From Parasitella parasitica NRRL 2501 (lineage: Eukaryota; Fungi; Mucoromycota): a stretch of 64,000 bases of DNA. Both the position numbers and the translations under genes were made by a program. How positions within the stretch are numbered: position 1 is the stretch's first letter; the number at the start of each line of letters is the position of its first letter. This document shows, in pieces, positions 1 to 12,077 of the stretch. The DNA is taken from contig MU619320.1 in NCBI GenBank assembly GCA_025201805.1, forward strand, positions 48,018 through 112,017, in the 5' to 3' direction. Below the pieces are notes generated by a model that was not told the origin of the DNA, ran no database searches, and was given only the letters and a program-made list of their open reading frames with translations.

Positions 1-185
1 TAGCAATGATACCAGCAACAGACATTTAGTAGCCAGTCATGTAGATGCTCAGACTTTGGAGGAGCTACAACGCTTAATGTATCGAATCAATACAATCGCG
101 CCAGAGACTAAAACTCAAAGAATTATATATGTCATATCTTTATACAATACATAAATGTTATTTCCACTCAATATGTTTTATTTCG

Positions 186-338
186 TTTGATTTAGCATTG
201 CATTATGTGGGACAGCCCGCTGCAGGCGCGAGCTGTGCACCCCCCAATTAGAACGAAGGTCGAAAAATATCACCGTAGCGAAGCGAAGGTTGATTTTTTT
301 CACCGTAGTTCGGGGGGGGGGGTGTAAAATAGCTCGTA
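186..338 (+). mobile_element. Helitron-type 3' terminal segment (copy 1)
   Basis: Reverse-complement homolog of 12078-12201, which lies just downstream of a PIF1 helicase. Shared blocks are TTTGATTTAGCATTG, GTGGGACAGC.CGCTGCAG, GCACCCCCC...GGGGGGTG and GAACGAAGGTCGA...CACCGTAGTT, and both copies end in AGCTCGTA. Confidence 0.65.
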
Positions 339-849
339 TCTCATTAAAAAAAAACCGACTTTAAAAAAATGAAAGTCGCCCTTTGGCGTTGGAACGAGCT
401 CCATTGTACTATACAGACCCCGTTCGACTCGTGTCATTTGCTTCAGTTGCATATCTATAGCACGTTATACAGGCATTAGTGTCATCCGATCAGCAATTAA
501 AACTGCATCACACAAACATCCAAGACTATTTTGAGAATAAAGTAAATGAAAGCTACTTGTTTGTTGCTGTCTGGAGAACGTCAAGTGCTCGGGATTCACT
601 CCAGTCAGCCATCCAATCATCCAGCGAAACAATTAGTCAGGTATAAGCAAGTATCGAAATATAGTCTGGAATATTAAACATCATATTTATCATGGGGTTT
701 GTGGATAAACATATCCTACTGTTATTAAGTAATTATGTACCCCTTTTATCCCCTTGGAAATTGAAATCAGGTAATAAAACTTCTTGTTGTGGATATTTTT
801 CTTTCTTTTCTCTTTTCGTTTACTATTGTCTCTGACTCAAGTGCATAGC

Positions 850-2593
850 ATGAAGATTTCTAGAGAAGTGAAAATATACTGCATGCTTGTCATCACAGGC
901 GGTTTTTTCCTAGTTGAAATTGTTATTGGATACTACGTTAGCTCATTAGCATTGGTAAGTTCAATTCTTTGCATGATCACATCATCTTGATCACTCATTG
1001 CTGAATATAGATTGCAGATTCATTTCATATGCTGAATGATTTGATTAGCATGTGTGTAGCTCTATGGGCAATCAAGGTAAGAACTCATAGATGGTTGTAA
1101 GTTCATTCGGAATCAACAAATCAGTCTTTTAGGTTGCCAAAAAAACAGAATATGATCCCAAATATTCTTATGGATGGCAAAGAGCCGAGATTCTTGGAGC
1201 ACTTATCAATGGCGTATTCTTGCTTGCATTATGTTTTACGATTTTGATTGATTCGATTGAACGATTTGTATCTCCAGAACCTGTTACTCATCCCGTCATG
1301 GTTTTGATTACTGGAGGTGCCGGCTTGGTAGCAAATCTTGTGGGTTTATTCTTGTTCCATGGTTCGTATTTCAAAACATTAGCATAGTAAACAAACACAT
1401 TTAAAATTACTTGGTTTTAAGCCCAATTCTGCTTCTTTTCTTAGAACATGGACATGGGCATGGACATGGAGGACACAGCCACAGCCACAGTCATGAACAC
1501 AATCACGATAAAGACGTTGAATCAGCTCACGAGCACAAGCACACCCATGGATCTGGTGGTGGCAACGAAGGAGGCCACCTCAACATGAGAGGAGTATGTA
1601 GCACACGGGATGTGCACATGAATGATAGCATTAACATTCTTGTATGTTATAGATATTTTTACATGTGTTAGGTGATGCCTTGGGAAATGTTGGTGTAATT
1701 GCTTCTGCCTTATTCATTTGGTTGACCCCGTTTGAATGGCGATTTTATTTTGACCCTCTTGTTAGGTAAGATTAATATAACCACCATGAAACCAACAAAA
1801 ATCTTAATTATATTCTTATATAATAGTACTTTAATCACGATTATTATTTTTATGTCGGCCATTCCATTAGGTTTGAGTTTTATGTTGCATAACAAACATG
1901 CAGTGGTTTTCTAATTCCGTACTTTTATGTATGTAGTGAGACAAACATCATTTATTCTGCTTCAAGGTGTGCCGAATAGCGTCCCCATTGGCGACGTCAA
2001 TGATGCTCTTTTGAAGGTTTGTATATACTCATGAGAAAGACAGAATGTGTTGCCTTGGTCCTGACCCTATTCACATATAGCTTGAAGGCGTTATTTCAGT
2101 TCACGAATTGCATGTCTGGCAATTAAACGATACAAAGTTGATTGCCTCGCTCCATGTCCTGTTGAAATCTCGACAAGGATACATGATATTAGCATCTGAA
2201 ATACGAAGAGTACTCCACGGCTACGGCATCCATTCCGCTACCATTCAGCCAGAGTTCATAGAAGATCAAATAGACGAGAAATATCAACCTGCCGACGACG
2301 AGTCAGACCAAGATTCAGACAGGGAAAAGTTGCATGCTCATGGCATAGAGCGTGTTTCAACAGTAAATAACTCTGTATATCAGGATAATAACACCAAAAT
2401 TAACCAAACTAGCTCTGTTGAAGTAAATCATTGCACAAATAATAATCTGCAACCTGCATACTAACGTTAAAACACCCAATAGGATTTGCATAGCTCATCA
2501 ACATGTTTGTTGCGATGCATTGAGGATTCTTGTTTAGAAAACACTTGTTGTCCACCCGAACAGCAACAACAGCAGCAACAAGAACAACCGTAA
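850..2593 (+). CDS. CDF-family zinc transporter (Zrc1/Cot1/ZnT1-like), multi-exon
   Basis: Exons give FFLVEIVIGY, ADSFHMLND, YSYGWQRAEILGALING, a His-rich loop HGHGHGHGGHSHSHSH, HLNMRG..LHVLGDALGN, HELHVWQL, GIHSATIQPEF and a C-terminal CLLRCIEDSCLENTCCP. ATG at 850, TAA at 2591-2593. Confidence 0.93.
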
Positions 2594-2606
2594 ATAGATA
2601 CCAGTC

Positions 2607-2638
2607 CACACACACACACACGCACACGCACACACACA
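2607..2638. repeat. (CA)n microsatellite
   Basis: cacacacacacacacgcacacgcacacacaca lies in the 107-bp gap between the convergent CDF and SCAP genes. Confidence 0.9.
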
Positions 2639-2700
2639 AAACCAATATTTTGTATACCATTTAAACACATGTATTTGACATAGATATATATCCTGTTTTA

Positions 2701-5700
2701 TTATGTACTTGAATTCAATTCGTCTTTGTTACCAAAAATGATCACTTTAATAAAATTGCCATAATCGCAACATAAACCATGACCATCCGTCGGTACTATA
2801 CAGCGAATATTTGCAAAAGGCAGCGCATCAAGTACTTCATCGTAATCGCTTTGTTGTAAATGATTGTAATCCTCATCTTCTGTAGCAATCGAATCATTAC
2901 CGTCGTCGATATTTCTAAGTTGTATATTACATTTTGCTGTTGATTTGACGTTTTTACGTGACACGACATTTGGTTTATTAACGGCAGAACGAACTTTCCT
3001 GATGCCAAACACTTTTAGAAGCTGTTCTTTAATACCCAATACCTGCTGTTGTTGCCGAGTAGAATCTGCTTCTTCTTCGTCATCAACGTCTTGCTCCAAA
3101 TCGAATGTGATCACTGGTATCATTGCTGCATCTTCCTCGACTGGTGGGGGTTCATAGTATTGCAAAGACGTAAACCAAGCCTCCCAATCCCCATTATTCT
3201 CATCATCGTTGGTATCATCCACTATATAGCGGCGGCGGCGGCGGCGGCGACACCCTGCCAAAATCATATTATCACAAAACACTAGTCCATGACCGCCTTC
3301 TTGGCTTAGTTTCCCCATAAACGATGCACTAAATGCTTGTTCTTGATGCTGCTGCTGCTGCTGCTGCTGTCGACGACATGCATCAGGTTCTTCACCAGAA
3401 ATATTAAAACGACTAGCATTGCTACTGTGCATCCTTCTTTGCTTTGACCTAAGGTTGCCGACGGCTGCCGATATTGGTCTTGCTCTTGCATTGTACAGCG
3501 GTTGTTGGCGACGGCATTGAGCACATCCAAGTTCTTTTTCAGAGAGTGCTGTACGTTCTAGTCGCCAGACATGGACAAATCCATCCAAGGCACAGGAAGC
3601 TATAATAAACCCATTATCAACAACTGTGCTGCAGTTTGGGCACATATCATTTTCAAACTTGGGATCCCCAATGCGTGTAATCACCACCTGACTTACAGAG
3701 TCACTGTGGTCAGATTTCACTAAAGATGAGTCTGCAGATGCGTTGCTATCGTCAGATGGTGTAGATCGAGCCACTGTGCTGAACTGCAATAAGGGACCGC
3801 CTACCTCTGCTGAGGCTACCGAGTTCGTCTTCCTGACGGTGCCTCCCTGGGAAAGTGTGCATATAGCAGTACCCGTTTCCAGGTTCCACACTTGGACTGC
3901 ACCATCATTTGAACCCGTCACTAGAACACCTATACCATTGTGCAATTGCTCAGCTGCAACAGATGTGATCATGCTGCGGTAGTTTAACGTGTATAGAAGA
4001 GTCCATTGAGCAGGTGTTCTGGACCAACATCTGGTAGTGCCATCTTTGGACGCTGTGATAAAATATAAGGTGTTGGTATCGGTTGTTTGATTGTTTGGTA
4101 TCAGCTGTGCTTGAGTGATTTCGCGAGTATGTCCAGAATGAATGCATTGAGTCATATCGCCTGTTTTCAGATTCCATTCTCGCAGTTTACCGTCTCTATG
4201 AACCGATATAATGTACTTATCCAATGGCTTGAGGTCGTCTTGAGGTGCTAGAGTTGCTTTATGATCCATGTCGACGAACAAGATCCTAATAACACGATCC
4301 TGGAGAGCAGGGTTGTACAGTTGATTCTGGTTGATGTTCAATTCGCGAACTAGATGTAGCGTGTCAGCGTTCCAAACACAAATCAAGCCATACTCGAATC
4401 CAGCGACGATATAGCTTTGGCTGCGGTCAATTTGGATACATCTGGCATGAGTTAAATGTCGAATATCTTTTCTCTTGTATGGTTGCTGCTGCGACATCCA
4501 GATGTGCTGTGGGATTTGATGGTGTCTGTTCTTTTCTGCTACCGCCCAGCCATTCATACCACCACCTAGCCTCTTGAGCATATCCAATCTAGCAATCCAC
4601 TCCCCCTTTGACATGTCCCAGAGCACAATCTTCCCATCCTGCTGTCCAATAGACACCATCAAATTTCCACTAGTATGCATAGCGCGGATGTCGGCTGTAT
4701 GCATACCCATCAATGTTTCGACCGACACATTGCGCACTTTGGTTTGGTTTTGCAGTGTATTAAACCTCGATTGCAAAGAGATGGCGCCCAAATGCAGGCC
4801 ATCCTCGTTATATTCGCTCTCGACCTTCCTGATCAAAACATCTGTCTTTATATGAGTGATGGAGGACAGCATTCGCAATATACACGTAGTAATGCGTACA
4901 AACGCTTTTCGAAGAAACGGTAGCATGAATTTTTCACGGATCAAGGGTATCATCCACATCACAATGCAGATCAGCATAAAGAGGAGCACAACACTTGGTA
5001 TGTTGGTACTGTATGCAAGCAAGAGGTAGGGATGAAACAAGTCAAAGATAGAGCTCTGTCTACTACGTTGTTTCATCAACTTACGCAATGCTGCAAAGCT
5101 TTCGTCGTAGTATGACTGAAGCTGATGCACTACACGTCTCTGTTGTTGCTGTTTGTCAATTGCGAAAGAATCACTGTTGTTGGTGGGAGAGAGGATGATA
5201 ACGTGGGGTGCGTGTATTTGGAGATTTTGATTCATGTAGGTTGGATTCAGTGCTTCCCAAAACTGGGACGAGATCTTGTGCCACTGTTTTTGGCTTGATG
5301 ATAGTGCAGGTGGTGTTTGCGAGGGATTTGGTTCAGGCAAAAGGGAATTGAGCAAAAGGATTACGGTGCACAGCTGTATACCATGATTTGTTTAGTCAAA
5401 TGAGAAAATACAGAGATTGTGCAACTCACAAAAAATGCGTTGAGAGCTCTTCTAGTTTTGAATTTACTACGGCTGCTGCTTCGAAAATTTGAGGCAGGAA
5501 TTGCATTAGAGATGTCTCTTTTTTCAAATGCTTCGTTCCCAAGGTCTGCCAGCTATATACGTAAATGTGTTAGCAATTTGTTGTCACATAAGTACACCAT
5601 ATCGAATAAATAAATACTTCGGCTCGCTTGATATCGATAGACAACACCGCAATAAACAGTGTCAAGTTAAGAGTATACGCAATAACCAAAGCCAGCGACG

Positions 5701-6929
5701 TAAAGGTGCAAAATGCCTTGACATTAGGCGCCTTCAGCGCACTTCCTGTGCTCAATACTGCCAGCTCGCCAAATAGAGTAGTTGTCATGTTGATACCTAC
5801 CTGCTGTAACCCTTTTCCGAGTCTTTCTTTGATGCCGATGCCTTTATCTATCGAAACGACTGCGCCTGTCAAAAATAAAGCGTGTTCTAACGTCGCAGCA
5901 GAACACACTAGCAGCTGTAAAAACAGCGGTATGGAATGAATCGTCGTGCGAAAAAAATGGTAAAAGATGCCCGCAGTGGTAGTGTAACAGGCCACAGCCA
6001 AAAACAATGCAGTGATGCCCAATCCAGACGCTGATTTCAGCACTGTTGATTTCGAAAATTGTGCTCTGACAAGAACGAACAATCCTGCGTTGAATAGGAC
6101 AATTGTAGCCAGTTTGATGGGTGAATAGTCTGCGGGCATTAACTTTAGCTATGTAATACATCATTGGTTACACACATCCGCAAGGCTTTTGTCTACAAAT
6201 TACCTTGAATTCCAAACAATATGGTTCCACACTGAGCGAACTAGTGTACAATTCAGGAAACTGATGCAGCGTATTTTGCAATATATCGTCCCAGATTACT
6301 TGTGCTTTAGTTGTATTTTTGAGGATAAATGTCAAGATGACAGAGTCGGCAGACACAAAGTTTCCTTCATCATCCAGCGACACTTGGCCCATAGTTGCAT
6401 ATGGATGTAGCGAGAGACCAGTTGATTTTGATAGATCGTGCAAATGTCGATTTAGCGTAATATTTATATCTGCATCGTTTTCGATAGCATGCTGGTCGTA
6501 ATCCCAAGCAGCCAAAGGAGAATGCACAATACACTGACGGCGCCGGGTTGTAGCACAAACCTCTCGTAGCTTGTTGGATACAGTCAGTGTTTGATGAATA
6601 GATAGCGATGCAGCAAGTAACTCTTTGGATACCGTACTTTCCACAGTGTCCGTGATGCGTATCTGCTTTGCAACAAATGATGGATTATTCTGTGATGTCA
6701 CGGCGTCCACAGATTGCAAATGAGGAGAGTGCTGCCATAAATGAGCGTCAATGTTCGTGGAAAATGAAGTACTGTAAAAAGAACACAAGGTGGGATATGA
6801 TAGAAAACATATTGAAATCAAGGAAACGACTAAAATGTAGAACGGATGTGATGCGCTCTTGAAACCTAGAGCGTAAAAATACTTTTTCGAGAGAGAAGAG
6901 CGAAATCTTCTTAAGGCCAATAATGGCAT
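2701..6929 (-). CDS. SCAP: SREBP cleavage-activating protein (sterol-sensing domain plus WD40 repeats)
   Basis: N-terminal TM plus luminal loop (CIVHSPL), SSD-like exon (FVLVRAQFSK..KSASGLG; IKERLGKGLQQVG; FCTFTSLAL..TLFIAVLSIDIKRAE), then a long WD40 exon (LWD, VWN, LVTGSNDGAVQVWNL). ORFs 6168-6929, 5570-6139 and 2701-5355 are joined by short introns. Confidence 0.88.
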
Positions 6930-7250
6930 TTCATGTAAATATTATAAATAAAAGGTGATGAATGTAAAAAACAAAGAGCTTATAGCAAAGGCATATGAAA
7001 TGTTTGTCATGCTGAAAATGTCTCAATCTCCCCACGAATTGACGTTTCTCTTTTTTTGTTTTTTTTTTTTTTGTTTTTGTGCTCCGTTGCTTAAAATAGA
7101 AATCGTCTGTGTTAGATGGACTCAACAAATGTTGTCAATAATATCCCTCCATCTTGTGAGGTATAATGTTTAAAAAAAAAAAAAACTTTTTCAACTGAAA
7201 CTGAGACAAATTTGGGTAGCCACGAATTTATTATACTATATACTTTCTAA

Positions 7251-8790
7251 TTATCCACTTCTCCCTGGCACAGCAACTAATGAGTCGTATCCAGGCAAAG
7301 ATCCTGAAAAACTATACAATCTATTTGACCGAATTGCAGTTGTGTATGATGGTACTCTAGAAAGATCAATGCCTTGCCATGGAAGTGATAAACCCCCGTC
7401 TGCCGGTGCGACAGAACCTCGTGATATTGGTGTGGAAGGTCCAGTATGATGATCCTCGTCATCCGTATCAGAAGAAGCTAGTGTTATATTAGCACCGCTG
7501 GCAGCTTCATTTGGTGCAGAAATTGCAATGGATGGCGGTAAATCACCCCTAGCAACCAGTGCTGCTACTTGCTGAGGATCATAGGGCACTGACTTCCAAG
7601 CATCTTCGTAGGCAGGTAAGGCATTTTCATCTTCCTCAGGCGATATTTCTGCGATGACTACAGGAATTGCTGCTCTCAACTCTGATTATAACGAGATTGT
7701 CAGTCGATCCTTTGAGACGATCTGCATCTTATATATATTACCTGATATGTGTCCATCTGCGTTTGTCAGTGATACAGTGAATTTCAGTTTATGCTTGATT
7801 TTGATAAGATCACAGAATGAATCTGTTTGAACCAAATGAGATGTCAAGTTTGGTACAGGTAATAGCTCGGTCTTTGTCCAAGGATCAGGACCGGAAGCAA
7901 AATTCTCGTCTCGCAAATGCTTTATCACTCTTCCTTCCATTTTTGAATGGTCCTCTGCTGATAACGTTGTATATTCCTTCAGCACACATGAAACGGACCT
8001 AACTTGCAAATCTTCTGCAATAGGCAATAGAGCAAATGTGATCGGTATTAAGCTACCCATACTATAGACTTTACTGGGTACACTAATATCGTAGCTTAAT
8101 TTATCAGTCCAGACATTGGAAATGACCAAGGATTGCGTCAATTCTAACGATGATGGCAAAAGTACACGAGATACTCGAAGCATTTTTCTATCATTGTAAT
8201 TTACTGAGAAAGTGGGCCGCTCGACTACTGCTTTCAGTCTGTAATAAACTTCGCCTAAATCATGCTCAACACTCTCGGGTAGATCGCCAGGTAAAGGTAA
8301 TTCAAAATCCCTGTAATACAAAAAAAAAAAAAAAAAAAAATTAGTATGTTTCCCGCCTTTTTCCACTCCCAGAACAAAGAAGAAGAAAAAAATCTTTACC
8401 ATTTGTAATGGCCTTCAGGTAAATGATAAGTCTTACGGTTAGAAGGTAAGAAGCTCCATTCGTGTTTAATGATGGTTTTTTCTTCCTTGTAATGACGTTG
8501 ATGAGAACCAAGCCCTACACAAAAACATAAGTTTTAACGACATGTCCCGGGCTAATCTCGAGCATTCATTGTATACTACCTTCAGTCCAGTTGACCTTGG
8601 CTCTTCCAATGAATTTTAATGTGATAGATCTAACTTTTGTAGTTTCATGGCAGTTCAGCACGACTGAGCCTCTCAACATGACACCTGCAGATTCGTCGAC
8701 GGTTCCATGCAAGATAATGTGTTCCGTTTCGATATTGATGTGAAAATCTGATGTCTGTACAAGTTGTATAGGATTCGGTAGAATGTTCAT
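7251..8790 (-). CDS. Alpha-arrestin (Rod1/CreD-like ubiquitin-ligase adaptor)
   Basis: LRGSVVL..KVRSITLKFIG.AKVNW, PGDLPESVE..VYYRLKAVVERP and IKIKHKLKFTVSL.NADGH, with C-terminal PY-like motifs LPAY, VPSY and LPGY. Confidence 0.9.
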
Positions 8791-9743
8791 TCTATTATAC
8801 GAAGTTGTCAGACAATTTAAAATGATAAAGAAGAAGGAAAAAATGAAGACGCATTATTATTATTATTTTTTTTTTTTTTTTCGAAAATGAAATCTGGTGC
8901 TACTCATTTTCATTGGATGTTTCGCATACCTTTTTGACATGACCGAAGAGCGTAAATGATTCACGGGCTTGTTGGTCTGATTTAATGAGCTGTAGGAGGA
9001 GGCAATCATTGCAGTTTGATGTGAATCCAAAATTAATAATATTAGAAAAATGGGGATAATGTTGGAGGAAGAAATGATAGCAAATGATTATAAATAATAT
9101 TAGTATTTGTCATGTACAAATCCTTTTAACATAAAAAGGGTAATATTTTATACTTGTTTGTATACAGGATTTTTGATGATCATTGCGGAAAGTCCGTTAT
9201 AGTTTACCCATTTCCATAAAAGAGCATTTCTTGGTCAGACGATCTTCTCACTTTTTGTTTGTTTGCTCATGAAAATCCAGTGCCAACTGACCCTTTTTAC
9301 ACTGCCCAAACAAACCTTATATCTGATAAAAAGCTGAGAGAAGAGAAACGTCTCCCTAAGAATTAAATACAATCACAGTTTTAGATTTCTATTTTACATT
9401 AAAAATGCCTCGCTGGTCTCCTTCAAATGTGTTTGGCTTAGTTTAGCAATGTTGGGCTGTATCGCCTTGCAATATAATTGGCAAATGCTATGATAAACAT
9501 TAAGAAATCGCTGCTCTTAATGATAATTTTATAGTTCTAGAATGCTATGCGAAATTACGATGCTCTAATTATTACATTTTTGATCAAATAGTCATTGTGC
9601 AGGAGCAATACAAAGTTGTTAGAATTTCATAATGTTTAAATGCTGATAAATTATTTCAGATATCGTTAGTCAATAGACAACAAATATTCAGACAGGTCTA
9701 TAGAGCTGCATAGGTGTTCAAACTAAAAAATGATTAAATTCCA

Positions 9744-9787
9744 AAACCATCAAACCATCAAACCATCAAACTATCAAACCATCAAAC
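9744..9787. repeat. 8-bp tandem repeat (AAACCATC) x5
   Basis: aaaccatcaaaccatcaaaccatcaaactatcaaaccatcaaac is seen directly. Confidence 0.9.
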
Positions 9788-11109
9788 TTTCAAAATACAT
9801 GTACTAGTAAGGCATAAAGTTGTACGTATCCGTCAAATTATGCATTTACGCAATGGCAGTTTATTCCTGGATCTAAATTAAAACCAACCATTTCATTCTG
9901 TTTTCTCCTTTAATTATATGTCTTTTCAAAAATCATAGCATATTCGAGCGAATGACAATTTCTATTTTTAAAACTTCGTATTAATATTATATGTTCATCT
10001 GTTAATTCAGCATATCCAGTATCAAGAAAAGAATATACAGTTGGGACTCCTTATAACGAACGGGTTGGTGCACAATAATATAGTATAGCGAGTTATCCCC
10101 TATTCAGAATTTGATACTCTACAGTACAGTGCCTGGAATTTGAAATCTACCAGAAGCTTATGATGAAGCTTAACTTTTGTTAGTAAAATTACCCTCAACC
10201 TCAATTCTAACTTCTATTCTACTTTCTATTTTACATGTTTAGCATCAGAAAAAAATAAAAAAGAGACTTTTGATCAAGTATCAAGTATTATTGAAAGCAA
10301 TATTGGTAGGAGCGCTTCTCTGTCACTAGTAATTAGAAACTTATGAATTATTTACAAATAAGAAGGACTTATTACAGCAAAATATTGTATTCATTAATTA
10401 TCCACTTCTGCTTCCAACTCGATGAGTCACATTTGTTTTATCATATTACTATAAAGAAAGGTATACATGTAGCGTCAAAAATACTTACTTTATAAGGCTG
10501 TGTCATGTACTAGAATTGATATTGACCTGATATCATCTCCAGATAGATATTTTTTACAGCTAAAAAGCAAGAACTTTAGCTTTGTGTGCCATCTTTTGAT
10601 TGGTTTTCATAATGAAAAGTGCCCTGAAAACACCAGAAATAGTATCCATTGGGAAAAAACTATATTATATATGATTTTGGTGCAGTTTGAGCATGGTTTT
10701 TTTTTCGATGCAAAATCACGGATTTTTTCGATTTTTTCCTTGTATCCACGCATCCAAAATCATCGATTATGCATTATCCTTAATTTTGACCTCAAAAATG
10801 CAACTTTTTACTATAGCATATATCAGAGGAAAATGATCGTAAAAGACTATTCCATGATCTGAGCGACTGGAAATGGTATCTGATTAAGCAAAATTTTGAC
10901 TTTTCCCTCTTAATCTGTTTTAAAGTTTTTTCGACATAATTCCTTCCATAAGCATACGAGAATTATGAAATAATACTATCGTGTAGAGCGTCCAAAAATA
11001 CAGCTATTATCATAGACTGACAGCCGGGGTATGCATAGTATCAAAAGATGATATCTTGCCTTAAAAAAGTAATTTTGTTTTTCAATTGTACAAATCGAGT
11101 TTCTGAAAG

Positions 11110-11520
11110 AATTTTTCCTTCCTGATTTTGGTCGCGTTTAATCCCCGCTGGCAAAGAGAAATGTTGATTTTTTTTTGAAGAAAGCATTAGCTTTGAGAAG
11201 CCATAGCTTACTCAATTAAAAAGAAAAAAAATTGCAACCTATTTTTGTAATTTTCGTGCTTCTTGGCTTTCTAATGGTAGTACTTGCATGTCTGTACCTG
11301 GCCTGAAGATCTCACGCTCCGATTTTGAAAATACTTTTCTGAAAAAAAGTCAGGAAATTCGCTAGCTTCATCTGATGTCAACTTAAAAAGTACAAAAACT
11401 TGCTCTAAGCTATGCAAATATGTAATCAAAAGGTGTCTTATAGTCTAATGCATTACTTTTTTTGTGTTTGAGATCGCTTAACATTGTTTTCTTACCGTTT
11501 CTCTCTTTTTTCAATAACAC
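11110..11520 (+). repeat. Dispersed non-coding repeat, copy A (probable non-autonomous TE)
   Basis: Colinear anchors shared with 41430-41810: GTGCTTCTTGG(C/T)TTTC (11256/41550), CACGCTCC (11313/41607) and ACTT(A/G)AAAAGTACAAAAAC (11381/41673), with matching spacing (57/57 and 68/66 bp). Outer limits are approximate. Confidence 0.6.
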
Positions 11521-11749
11521 ACTGAAGCTCGCGTAGCCCAAAAAATTAATCAGGCGCCTAAAAATCTACAAAGGCACACACTTTTGAACCATTTCAATAT
11601 TATGAAAAAGATGGCACAGGTTTAACTAGCAGTTCTACTGTGCAACTGAATATATAGAACTCTGCTTGGTACTTGTCTGACAAGAACTTCGACACTAGAA
11701 GACCCCAGATCAACTGAAGTGACAAGAAAATGCCAGAGAAAAGGAAGCA

Positions 11750-11960
11750 ATCTGCCACCAGGATAACATACCCAATTATAAAAAATTATTCGAATAGAAA
11801 TTTATGAATCCCAAAGACATATATGTGCTTATCTTCAACTTTGCTCTCCGTTTCTGAATCCAATGAAAAACTTTTGATCCAAAGTTAACAAACACAATTA
11901 CACCCGGAATCACAGATGTTTGTCAATAGAAAACCGAGCCTTTTTTAAAAACTAACTTGA
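11750..11960 (+). pseudogene. Tc1/IS630-like transposase C-terminal remnant
   Basis: About 11825-11890 translates CAYLQLCSPFLNPMKNF*SKV, a decayed form of the Tc1/IS630 motif YLPPYSP.LNPIE.FWSKVK. Confidence 0.55.
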
Positions 11961-12077
11961 GCTCAAAGATAGAATGTAGATAGCTTATTTTACAACACAT
12001 TCTCTTTGTATTTTCACTATGAATGAAACAAAGCAATTGCCCTTTTTCTCTAAATATGGAAATTCCCAATTAACAAT

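Noticed and set aside
357-412. Small hairpin CGACTTT..AAAGTCG and possible TIR-like GAACGAGCTCCATTGTA
   Set aside because: Too short and without a convincing partner in the window.
10036-10110. Pogo/Tigger-like TIR (TACAGTTGGGACTCCTTATAACG) as a full element
   Set aside because: No partner TIR or transposase was found, so it is not listed as a feature.
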